Under the pieces are notes generated by a model. That model was not told the origin of the DNA, made no database searches, and was given only the letters and a program-made list of their open reading frames with translations. From assembly GCA_050246815.1 (NCBI GenBank), contig JBFWVI010000032.1, positions 1-36,513 on the forward strand: a stretch of 36,513 bases of DNA, read 5' to 3'. Positions 17,761 through 26,256 of this stretch are shown here, one piece after another (the stretch's first letter is position 1; every line of letters starts with the position of its first letter). This DNA is from Bdellovibrionales bacterium. GTDB taxonomy: Bacteria > Bdellovibrionota > Bdellovibrionia > Bdellovibrionales > UBA1609. Made by a program: the position numbers and the translations under genes.

Positions 17761-19017
17761 ATGAGAAAAAGTCATATGCTATTTGTCGGGATATTTTTTT
17801 TTAGCTCTCTTCAATCCGTCGCGCAATCTGTTGATGTGACTTATGAAAACCTAAGGAGCCTGCTGGAAGAAAGAAATATTCGTTTGCAAGCTTCTAGGTT
17901 GGAGCAAGAGGCTGCTGAAGAACGCCAGGGCAGTTTAGGGCGGTCATTTCTGCCTAGTCTTGAGTTGCATGGTGCCCAGGAATACTTTCAAAATGGCAAT
18001 GAAGAGCGTAAAAATCAGCCCACCTACGGCGTGGAACTCAAGATCAATCTGTTTAATGGCGGGCAAGACCAGTTGGAATCCGAAATTCGTGGTGTGTCGG
18101 CCTCCAAAAAAACTTATCAGTATCTGTATGAAGCCTCCCAGGAGCTGCAAGAATTAAGGAAACTTTATTGGCAGATTCTTTACTCCAAAGAGCAATTGGA
18201 ACTGCTGGAAGCAATGATCAAGATCAACACGTTGAATCTTCAGGCCGCGTTGCGACGCATACGTAGTGGGGTGGCTACGGAGTCGGATCGTGTCGAGTTT
18301 GAGATGAAAGCGGTCGACCTAAAGCGTGAACGGGACGAGGAGAGCCTCAGGCTGACCACGAAGATCCGCGGTTTAAGTGTGCTTCTGAACTACGATCTTA
18401 AGATGGAGCTAAAATTTCCGGCAAAAATTAGTCATGAACATGACTTTGCTTCAATGCTACAACATTCTCCCAGGGACCATGAGTTTTTGTACAAGGACGA
18501 CGAATTGCAGGGTCAGGTCAGTGAACTGGCGGCGCAAAAGCAGGGGCGGGTATGGTGGCCTAAGCTTGATGTCTATGCCGCTTACAACCAGTACAATGAA
18601 CGAGAAAAAGAGTCTTTGCCCTGGGCAGAGCGCAAGGAATCCGTTTTGGGTCTTAAGATGACGATGAGTTTGTCTGCTGGCTTTGAGTCTCGCCGAGAGG
18701 CGGCGTCCTTGAGTAAGCAGGCATTAGCCTTACGCAAGCGAGCTCATTTTAAGAAGGCGGAAACCGAAGTTCATATGAGCAGTGAATTGGATGAGCTTAA
18801 GCTGCTTCATGATCAGGTACACGATGCCGAGGAGAATATTGTCCGTGCCGAAAGATATTATCGCTTAACCCAATCCGAATATGCACGAGGGGTTAAAAAT
18901 TCCCCTGACGTTTTGGGTTCCGCAGAAAAGCTTTATGAAGCAAAAAAGAAGCGACTTGAAATAACCCGCGACTTTCAGGTTGCAAAAGCCCATGTGCTGG
19001 CGAAGATTGGCAAATAG
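17761..19017 (+). CDS. TolC family outer-membrane efflux protein
   Basis: Signal peptide; two OEP repeats (SFLPSLEL...NLFNGG; WWPKLDV...EYARGVKNSPDVLGS). Confidence 0.9.
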   Translation: MRKSHMLFVGIFFFSSLQSVAQSVDVTYENLRSLLEERNIRLQASRLEQEAAEERQGSLGRSFLPSLELHGAQEYFQNGNEERKNQPTYGVELKINLFNGGQDQLESEIRGVSASKKTYQYLYEASQELQELRKLYWQILYSKEQLELLEAMIKINTLNLQAALRRIRSGVATESDRVEFEMKAVDLKRERDEESLRLTTKIRGLSVLLNYDLKMELKFPAKISHEHDFASMLQHSPRDHEFLYKDDELQGQVSELAAQKQGRVWWPKLDVYAAYNQYNEREKESLPWAERKESVLGLKMTMSLSAGFESRREAASLSKQALALRKRAHFKKAETEVHMSSELDELKLLHDQVHDAEENIVRAERYYRLTQSEYARGVKNSPDVLGSAEKLYEAKKKRLEITRDFQVAKAHVLAKIGK

Positions 19018-19317
19018 GCGCAAATGCGACCAGATCCAAATCTAGATAAAACAAATTTAGTCTAGTCAAGAATAAAACAGGCGCGTCCTCGTGGCATTTG
19101 TTGCGCGGCGTCACTCAGCCTAAATTTTGCTGCAATTGCTCTTTTTATTTTCCATGGAATAAACAAAATTATAATATTTATTTAAATTTCTGAGTGGCCT
19201 CGACCGCACAGAAAACATTTGATTACCTAACAAGAATCTCTTCGAAGAGAGGACGATTTCTGCTGAAATCTCGATTGTTATGGGCTTATTTTGTCGCTTG
19301 ATCAATTGGGAGCTTGT

Positions 19318-20451
19318 GTGCAGCTCAATAAGCAGAGAATTTTGATCGTCGATGACAAAGACTCCGATCTGCATAGCCTTGAGGGTGCCTTGGAGCCTTT
19401 GGGTGTAACAATTGACAAAGCAACGACGGGTCCACAAGCCGTTGAAATGGTGTCGCTGATCGACTACTCCGTTGTTCTTTTGGATATGCAAATTTCAGGC
19501 ATGGATGGTTATGAAACAGCCAAAGCCATGTTGGCATTGAAGGTGCCGCGCCACCCGCCGATTATTTTTGTCACGGCCATCAACAGCGAAGAGCAATATG
19601 TTTTGAAGGGCTACAATGCGGGCTGTGTTGACTACATTCTGAAGCCGTTGAACTCAGATCTGGTTCGGAACAAAGTTCGCTTTTGTATGGACTTGCATTT
19701 GCGAGTTCTGGAAAATGAGGCTCTAATCAAAAAATTGAGATCCAGCGAAACTGAGCTAAAACGTTCCAACGAGGAATTGCAGCAGTTTGCTTACGTGGCC
19801 TCGCATGATTTGCAAGAGCCCATTCGTATGGTTCGAAACTACATTCAATTATTTGCAAAAAAATACAGCGGTCAAATTGACGAAAAAGCAGATAAGTACA
19901 TCAATTACGCCCTTGAGGGGGCAGAGCGTATGCAAGATCTGATTGATGATCTTTTGCTTTTGTCGCGGGTTAACAAACGGGGAGGTGATTTGCAGCTCAC
20001 CGAAGTGCGTGAGGTCTTGGTGAGTGTTTTGCGTGATTTAAAGATTTTGGTCGAAGAAAGCGGCGCTAAAATTGAGTATGGTGATTTGCCGGTCGTCATG
20101 GCGGATAAAATTCAGCTCAGACAAGTATTTCAGAATTTGATCAGTAATGCCATTAAATTTCGTGGCGAAGCCGAGCCGTTAATCAAAATTGGTGTTGAGC
20201 GCAAGGGGTCTTTTTTTCAGTTTTCTGTCGCGGACAATGGAATTGGGATTAGTAAAAAATATTTTGATCAAATTTTTGTAATTTTCCAGCGTTTGCATGC
20301 GCGCGACAAGCATCCTGGGTCGGGAATTGGTCTGGCCTTGTGTAAAAAGATTATCGAGCGACATGAAGGGCAGCTGTGGGTGGAGTCAGAGGAAAATAAG
20401 GGCTCCACATTCTTTTTCACCATACCGATTGATAGAATGGAAAAGTCATGA
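19318..20451 (+). CDS. Receiver-histidine kinase (Rec-HisKA-HATPase), Cph1/phytochrome-like kinase core
   Basis: ILIVDD...LLDMQ...KP receiver; FAYVASHDLQEPIR H-box; NLISNAIKF, DNGIG, FQRLH, GSGIGL; GGGAG before GTG 19318. Confidence 0.93.
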   Translation: MQLNKQRILIVDDKDSDLHSLEGALEPLGVTIDKATTGPQAVEMVSLIDYSVVLLDMQISGMDGYETAKAMLALKVPRHPPIIFVTAINSEEQYVLKGYNAGCVDYILKPLNSDLVRNKVRFCMDLHLRVLENEALIKKLRSSETELKRSNEELQQFAYVASHDLQEPIRMVRNYIQLFAKKYSGQIDEKADKYINYALEGAERMQDLIDDLLLLSRVNKRGGDLQLTEVREVLVSVLRDLKILVEESGAKIEYGDLPVVMADKIQLRQVFQNLISNAIKFRGEAEPLIKIGVERKGSFFQFSVADNGIGISKKYFDQIFVIFQRLHARDKHPGSGIGLALCKKIIERHEGQLWVESEENKGSTFFFTIPIDRMEKS

Positions 20452-20894
20452 ATCGCGCCCGTGTGAATATTTTGTTGGTCGAAGACAACAGGGCCGACGC
20501 GGATCTGGTTAAAGAAATCGCAGAAGACAAATTTATGATTGTAATTAATGTGGTCAGTGACGGGGAGCAAGCACTGAAGTTTTTGCGTCGACAAGGGGAT
20601 TACGCTGACGCACCCGAGGTGGCCTTGGTGCTTCTGGATTTGAATTTGCCCAAAATGGACGGACGACGTGTTTTGAAAGAAATTAAGAGTGATCAATTGT
20701 TGCGGCGTATTCCCGTAATCGTATTGACCAGCTCTGAGGCCGATCATGATGTGATTTCATCTTATGATCTAAATGCAAATTGCTACATCAAAAAGCCATT
20801 AGATTTTGATCAATTCGTGCAAGTTCTGCAGCTCTTAAATGAATTTTGGTTCAAATTGGCCAAACTTCCGCCCCGGATCGAAGAGAAGGATTAA
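20448..20894 (+). CDS. Single-domain response regulator, Rcp1-like
   Basis: ILLVEDN, LLDLNLPKMDG, VLTSS, ANCYIKKP, C-terminal EFWF; ATGA overlap with the kinase gene. Confidence 0.94.
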   Translation: MNRARVNILLVEDNRADADLVKEIAEDKFMIVINVVSDGEQALKFLRRQGDYADAPEVALVLLDLNLPKMDGRRVLKEIKSDQLLRRIPVIVLTSSEADHDVISSYDLNANCYIKKPLDFDQFVQVLQLLNEFWFKLAKLPPRIEEKD

Positions 20895-20896
20895 AA

Positions 20897-22417
20897 ATGA
20901 GCGGCCTGGTCAATTTGTTGGTCATCGAAGACAACCCTGCCGACGCAGACCTAATTAAGGAGTATTTGTCTGAAGTGACTGAGTTCAAAGCCAATCTGGT
21001 TTGTGTACGCACGTTGCGAGAAGGAAAAGATTTTTTGAAGGACAACGATGTGCACGCGGTGTTGGTGGATCTTTCGTTGCCTGATAGCCAAGGGCTTGAA
21101 ACGATTCGCACTGTGGTGAGTTACACCAGGGCTGCAACGGCTATTGTTTTGACTTCGTTGGACGACAAAGAGATGGCGCTTAGCGCGATTGAGTCCGGAG
21201 CGCAAGATTATATACTCAAAAATTCGTTGGGTCCGGACGCCTTGTCCAGGGTCATTCGCTACTCCATACAAAGGGCCAAGTGGCAGTATAAGATCAATGA
21301 AATACAAGGTCAGCTTTACCAAAGCCAAAAGATGGAGTCCATCGGACGCTTGGCGGGCGGCATCGCCCATGACTTCAATAACCAACTGGGCGCGATGACT
21401 CTGCTTTGTGGCATGATTCAGGAGGCCGTACCCGCCGAGCATGTCGTGCAAAAGTACACGACACAAATCCTGTCTGTAACCGAAAAAAGCGCCGACCTGA
21501 TCAAACGACTTTTGGCGTTCAGTCGTAAGCAGCCTGCTGCGTTTAAGGTGGTTGATCTTAGCCGTATTTTGGTTGAGTCTGAAAAATTGCTCGGTAAGCT
21601 TTTGGGTGCTGATGTGCAAGTCAAGGTGGTTGGGGACACTGGTGCTTTTGTGCGGGTGGACGCCAGCATGGTTGAGCATGCGCTGATGAATATGGCGATC
21701 AATGCGCGCGATGCTATGCCATCTGGCGGCAGCCTGACTTTTGCAGTTGCAATCGAGGGAGAAAAAGTAGTTTTAAAAGTGGCCGACACGGGAGTTGGTA
21801 TTAGTCCTGAAATTATACCCAAGATCTTTGATCCATTTTTCAGCACCAAGCCCGCCGGCATGGGAACGGGTTTGGGTCTTTCGATGGTTTATGGAACTGT
21901 TAAGCAGTCTGACGGCGAAATTTTTGTCGAAAGTGAGCTTGGGCGGGGCACGACTTTTACAATTATTTTGCCTTATCAGGCCGATGGCGCGAGTTTAATC
22001 GAAAAAAATGAGAAAGTTGAAAGAAGTCGTGAGACTAAAGTTTTGGGATCAGGGACAATTTTATTGGTCGAGGATGAAGAAGTTCTGCGTGAAGCCACCA
22101 GTGCGATTTTGACGTCTTCGGGCTACACGGTGATCGAAGCCAAAGATGGTGCTCAGGCTCTAAAAATTTTAAAAGAGAAAAGCCGGGCGCTAGATTTGAT
22201 TTTGACAGATGTGAATATGCCGGTCATGGGTGGAGTAGAGCTTTTTGAAAAGGCCGTCGAAATAAACCCGGAACTCAAGGTGATCTTCACTTCCGGGTAT
22301 GCAGACCAGGCCTTTGAAGCGATCACAGCACCATCGGATCGCACTGAATATGTGGCCAAACCGGTTTCAGCCATAATTTTGCTGGAAAAAGTGCGAAGGC
22401 TAATCACAAAAAATTAA
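20897..22417 (+). CDS. Hybrid histidine kinase Rec-HisKA-HATPase-Rec (CckA-like core)
   Basis: LVDLSLPD receiver; [45 protein letters not shown]-terminal receiver LTDVNMP; AAGGA before ATG 20897. Confidence 0.94.
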   Translation: MSGLVNLLVIEDNPADADLIKEYLSEVTEFKANLVCVRTLREGKDFLKDNDVHAVLVDLSLPDSQGLETIRTVVSYTRAATAIVLTSLDDKEMALSAIESGAQDYILKNSLGPDALSRVIRYSIQRAKWQYKINEIQGQLYQSQKMESIGRLAGGIAHDFNNQLGAMTLLCGMIQEAVPAEHVVQKYTTQILSVTEKSADLIKRLLAFSRKQPAAFKVVDLSRILVESEKLLGKLLGADVQVKVVGDTGAFVRVDASMVEHALMNMAINARDAMPSGGSLTFAVAIEGEKVVLKVADTGVGISPEIIPKIFDPFFSTKPAGMGTGLGLSMVYGTVKQSDGEIFVESELGRGTTFTIILPYQADGASLIEKNEKVERSRETKVLGSGTILLVEDEEVLREATSAILTSSGYTVIEAKDGAQALKILKEKSRALDLILTDVNMPVMGGVELFEKAVEINPELKVIFTSGYADQAFEAITAPSDRTEYVAKPVSAIILLEKVRRLITKN

Positions 22418-23331
22418 GGTAAAAAATGAAATTGTGCGATAATCGGGCAATGATCGGAAAAATTATCGTAGATGTCGCGTCTGTTTTTTTCAGTGAAGAT
22501 GTCATATAAATTCAACACACGCGGTGGGCCGGCCAGTTGAATATTGCGAAACCAAAAGTTGTCGTAGGCTTTGCTTAAGGTTCTCTGCTTTCGCCTGAGC
22601 GAGGTTTTCATTCCAGGGGCAAGAGCGCCTTGAAATCCCAGCCCCATCACACCTTTAAAAACACGGTGTGAGGGCCCCAGGTTGTAATCGCCGGCCACGA
22701 TCAGGGGGTGTTGCACGGAGCGAAAGGTGTCGAATAGTGGCTCCACCTCGTTTTTAGGTTTTTTTGCGGTCGGGATTAGGTGGATCGAGGCCAAAACAAA
22801 TTGTTTGGCTGCAGGTTTAAAATAAAAAGTGCCCAGGGCTGGTTCGCGAACGATTTTGGCGGCATTGCGAACGCCAAGGCGAATGGTAATGGCCGAGTTT
22901 GGGCAGTCGTACACAATTTCGCCATCCGTCTTAACATAGGCAACCCGACTGTTCCTCCAAATATAGGCGTAGCGTTCGCGATCGTCCGAGGGGATCTGCG
23001 AAAGGCCGATGCAAATGCGTTCATGGGTAAGGTCGGATAAATGCCGGGCAATGTTAGTTAAAGCATGTAAACCCGTTTCGCTGGCGTTGACCTCTTGAAA
23101 GGTCACAATGTCGGCATCTGCCAATAAAGGTGAGGCTTGGGCGCTGTTGAATAGCTCCCGGCCCAGGTGTTTTACGTTCCAGGACATCACGGTCATTGTT
23201 TTTGAGCCTTCGGTGGCTGGCAAGGCGTTACGGGCAAAGGGCACGAAATCAGGGTCTGTCGTATTGACGGGCTTATAGGTGCACTGAATGGCAATAAACA
23301 AAAATAAAATAGAGAGCATGAAATGCGTCAT
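22414..23331 (-). CDS. Endonuclease/exonuclease/phosphatase (DNase I-like) family protein, probable lipoprotein
   Basis: SWNV, FQEV, ERYAYIW, REP, SIHL, GDYN, YDNF, SDHCP motifs; hydrophobic leader ending IAIQC. Confidence 0.88.
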   Translation of the reverse strand: MTHFMLSILFLFIAIQCTYKPVNTTDPDFVPFARNALPATEGSKTMTVMSWNVKHLGRELFNSAQASPLLADADIVTFQEVNASETGLHALTNIARHLSDLTHERICIGLSQIPSDDRERYAYIWRNSRVAYVKTDGEIVYDCPNSAITIRLGVRNAAKIVREPALGTFYFKPAAKQFVLASIHLIPTAKKPKNEVEPLFDTFRSVQHPLIVAGDYNLGPSHRVFKGVMGLGFQGALAPGMKTSLRRKQRTLSKAYDNFWFRNIQLAGPPRVLNLYDIFTEKNRRDIYDNFSDHCPIIAQFHFLP

Positions 23332-23482
23332 CGAGAAAGTCTAACAGGTTGCAATGGCTGCGACTATTCATGAGGTAGGCTTTGGGCTTGCGATGGCGTT
23401 GGCGGCGTGTCAATTTTTAAAAAAATGTCGTGGGATTCAGACGGATCTGCAAAAGTAAGCTCTGCATCCACGAGGTTTCAAA

Positions 23483-25021
23483 GTGAGAGTCGGAGATTTT
23501 ATTCGAAGTTGGGCGATTACCATTATTGTACTTGTTGCTTTGGTATTTTGCTCGGTGACCGCGGCGCTGTTGTTCGAAAACAATGAGAGTCGATATTTAA
23601 CCACGAAGTCGGCACAAATTGCAGATGGCCTGGCGCGAAGCCTAAGAACAGAAATTTTAAATCGAACAGCAGTTCTTAAAGTGCTGGTCGCAGCGGATGG
23701 TATGATTAATTCAGCGGTCTTCGAAAAAATCGCCGCAGCCATCGTCAGTGAATATCCGGGGATTTACGCCGTGAATCTGGTGGCGCCAAATGGGCGGATC
23801 ACTAATGTTCATCCGCTTGAGGCCAACCGTTTGGCTTTGGGGCAAAATTTGCTCAATCGTCAAGACGTCCAAGAGTACTTGTTGTCTGCAAAGGCGGATC
23901 GAGAACCCCGGATGTCTCATAAACTAATGACCTATCAAGGGGTGCCGGCCTTTACTCTGTATGTGCCGCTTTACTCAGGGCATGATCAATTTATCGGTTG
24001 GCTGAACGCCGTCGTTGATTTTGATAATTGGTTAGCCGGTTTTTTGAAAGCCAGAGCGCTTGACCACACCCGCGTTGTGATCAAGTGGCAGCACCCAGAC
24101 AGCGGCATTATTGATCATGGGCCCAAAGATGTGCGGTCCTCATTCAGCTACAACCACAGGTTATTCAATCAAAGTATACGGTTTGAGATTGGTTTTGCCC
24201 CAAATGACCTAGACTCAATTCGCGCGCGTCACTATATGCTGGTGATTGTGGTCGGGGCGGGACTGTTGCTTTTGGCCCTGATGTTGATTTTAAATCTTCA
24301 TTTGTCAAAGCTACGGCTAATGACTGCGAATAAAAATTTGGCACTTAAAAATAATTTGCTCAGTTCATTGTCTCACGATTTGTCGGGGCCCTTGGCGGCA
24401 CTTGTCATGACGCTTGAACAGGGGCTTGAAGACGGCGGACTGCTTTCACCCAAACAACAAAGAAGTGTGGCGCATTTAATGAAAAGCATGACCGAAATGT
24501 TAAAAAGCGCAAAAATTCTGCACGCCAAGGACATGGGAATTCTTAAACTAAAGACGGAGTCTGTGCAGTTGGCCACAGCTGTGCCCGAAGCCATACTGAC
24601 GGTTTCAGCACAGGCACATAAAAAGAATATTCAATTTGTGGTCGCCGATCTTCCGCAGGATTTGGCAGTTTTGGCTGATAAGGCGACCCTTGTGAACAAT
24701 GTGCTGTTGAATGTTCTGGTCAATGCAATCAAGTTTTCTCCGGATCATGGTCATATCAGAATTTATGCGGCAACAAAAAAATCTGAAGTTCATCTTATTG
24801 TCGAAGATGCGGGGGCCGGGTTGAGTCCGGACCAGCTTTCACAGCTACAAAAGTTTCTACGCATTGAAAGTACGACGGGCACCCTGGGTGAGCAGGGGAC
24901 GGGTTTAGGTCTGCTGCAGATTCAAGGTTTTATGAATGCCTATGGCGGCAGCATGAGGATTGAAAATTGCGAAAAGGGTGGCTGCCGGATGATTTTGATC
25001 TTTCAGAGGGGTGGTGTGTAG
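23483..25021 (+). CDS. CHASE-domain membrane sensor histidine kinase
   Basis: Two TM helices flanking VHPLEANRLALGQNLL...TYQG...YVPLY (CHASE-like); SHDLSGPL H-box, NAIKFS, EDAGAG, GTGLGL. Confidence 0.88.
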   Translation: MRVGDFIRSWAITIIVLVALVFCSVTAALLFENNESRYLTTKSAQIADGLARSLRTEILNRTAVLKVLVAADGMINSAVFEKIAAAIVSEYPGIYAVNLVAPNGRITNVHPLEANRLALGQNLLNRQDVQEYLLSAKADREPRMSHKLMTYQGVPAFTLYVPLYSGHDQFIGWLNAVVDFDNWLAGFLKARALDHTRVVIKWQHPDSGIIDHGPKDVRSSFSYNHRLFNQSIRFEIGFAPNDLDSIRARHYMLVIVVGAGLLLLALMLILNLHLSKLRLMTANKNLALKNNLLSSLSHDLSGPLAALVMTLEQGLEDGGLLSPKQQRSVAHLMKSMTEMLKSAKILHAKDMGILKLKTESVQLATAVPEAILTVSAQAHKKNIQFVVADLPQDLAVLADKATLVNNVLLNVLVNAIKFSPDHGHIRIYAATKKSEVHLIVEDAGAGLSPDQLSQLQKFLRIESTTGTLGEQGTGLGLLQIQGFMNAYGGSMRIENCEKGGCRMILIFQRGGV

Positions 25022-25031
25022 TGGGGGGCTT

Positions 25032-25466
25032 CTACCTGAGAAGACGAACTCTAACCTTGTTCTTTAAAAAATCATCAATTTGTCCGATATTGTCGTTAAC
25101 AGTCTCTATCTCAGAAAACACAAGGTCATACTCTGTGCTCGCGGCCACTAGAGCATCCCGTCCGAGCCTTGTGATTGAAATCATCTTCTTTCTTGCATCG
25201 GTCGGGTCGTCGCATATAAAAAGGTATCTTTTGCGAGATAGGCGGCCAAGTGTTTGAGATAAGGTGCCTGGGGTTACACCCAAGGCTTTGGCAAGCACTT
25301 GTGGAGACACTGTCGGCATATTGAGTAGCGTTTTGAGTAGAGACCATTGGACAATACTCAGTCCATACTTAGTTTCCAAATTTTTGTTGATCATTTGTAG
25401 TGTAAGACTTAAGCCCATCAAGCGTGAGACGAAATGTAAATGCTCAGGGTGTTTTTCTTGTTTCAT
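25032..25466 (-). CDS. MarR family transcriptional regulator
   Basis: YGLSIVQWSLL, LAKALGVTPGTLSQTLGRL, DPTDARKKMISITRLG; overlaps the otsB end by 23 nt. Confidence 0.9.
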   Translation of the reverse strand: MKQEKHPEHLHFVSRLMGLSLTLQMINKNLETKYGLSIVQWSLLKTLLNMPTVSPQVLAKALGVTPGTLSQTLGRLSRKRYLFICDDPTDARKKMISITRLGRDALVAASTEYDLVFSEIETVNDNIGQIDDFLKNKVRVRLLR

Positions 25467-26256
25467 TGGATGCCTTTTGTGCTCCCGGGAGCCCTGATTT
25501 CGAATAAGTCACTATTTTTTGAAGCAAAATTTGAATTTCGGCCTGCCGCTCGACATAAAACTTAGCGCGAGAATTTTTCTTTTTGCCCACCCGAACCGTC
25601 AAAATTCTGGTGTCAGTCAATGCAAAGACATCCTCATCAGTATCGTCGTCGCCGACGTACAGGGCTGAATCTACACCAGCTGCACGCATGACCTCAAGGA
25701 GGGCTATGCCTTTGTGTGGCGCGCCGACGGGGATGATGTTCACAACACATTTACCCATTATGATTCTTGCCGAAGGCGTTAGCATGGCGAGAGATTTGAG
25801 AATCAATGACTTTGCAAATCGCTTTGTTCGCGATTTTCTGTAGTGAACGGCGATGGAGTAGCCCTTGTCTTCGATTTCAATGCCGCCCGGGTTTACTTCA
25901 TTATCCAGTAAAGTTTTTTTGAGATGACTTTTCCATTTTTTGCATAAATTTTCAAAAACTTCCAACTTTTGAGAGTTGGCTAGAATGCCCTCCAGCCCGT
26001 GATTTCCAATTAGAAACCCCGGGGGAGGGTCAAATTTATCTTTGAGGTCACTTAAACTGCGCCCCGAAATAACTGCGATGGAGGAGGTTTCGCTAAGCTT
26101 TTGTAGCAATCTTAGAGTAGTACGATTGATCTTTGCTTCGTTTGGATTTTTAACAATTTTCGCAAGGGTCCCGTCATAATCAAATGCAAAAAGAGTTCTG
26201 GCGAAGCACGCGGACTCCAAGAATTTAAGACCATTTCGGGAAAATAAGTAGATCAT
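25444..26256 (-). CDS. otsB: Trehalose-6-phosphate phosphatase
   Basis: HAD motifs DYDGTL, ISGR, GNHG, HYR, KG, GDDDTDED. Confidence 0.94.
   Translation of the reverse strand: MIYLFSRNGLKFLESACFARTLFAFDYDGTLAKIVKNPNEAKINRTTLRLLQKLSETSSIAVISGRSLSDLKDKFDPPPGFLIGNHGLEGILANSQKLEVFENLCKKWKSHLKKTLLDNEVNPGGIEIEDKGYSIAVHYRKSRTKRFAKSLILKSLAMLTPSARIIMGKCVVNIIPVGAPHKGIALLEVMRAAGVDSALYVGDDDTDEDVFALTDTRILTVRVGKKKNSRAKFYVERQAEIQILLQKIVTYSKSGLPGAQKASNETRKTP

Noticed and set aside
19237..19250. 14-bp palindrome TCTCTTCGAAGAGA upstream of the kinase cluster
   Set aside because: Real, but single copy with no U-tract or recognisable regulator motif, so no function can be supported
19120..19491. 123-aa minus-strand ORF
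   Set aside because: Largely antisense to the receiver-kinase gene; no recognisable motifs
20951..21679. 242-aa antisense ORF and the other short shadow ORFs in the track
   Set aside because: They lie opposite or inside well-supported genes and lack motifs; typical codon-bias shadows
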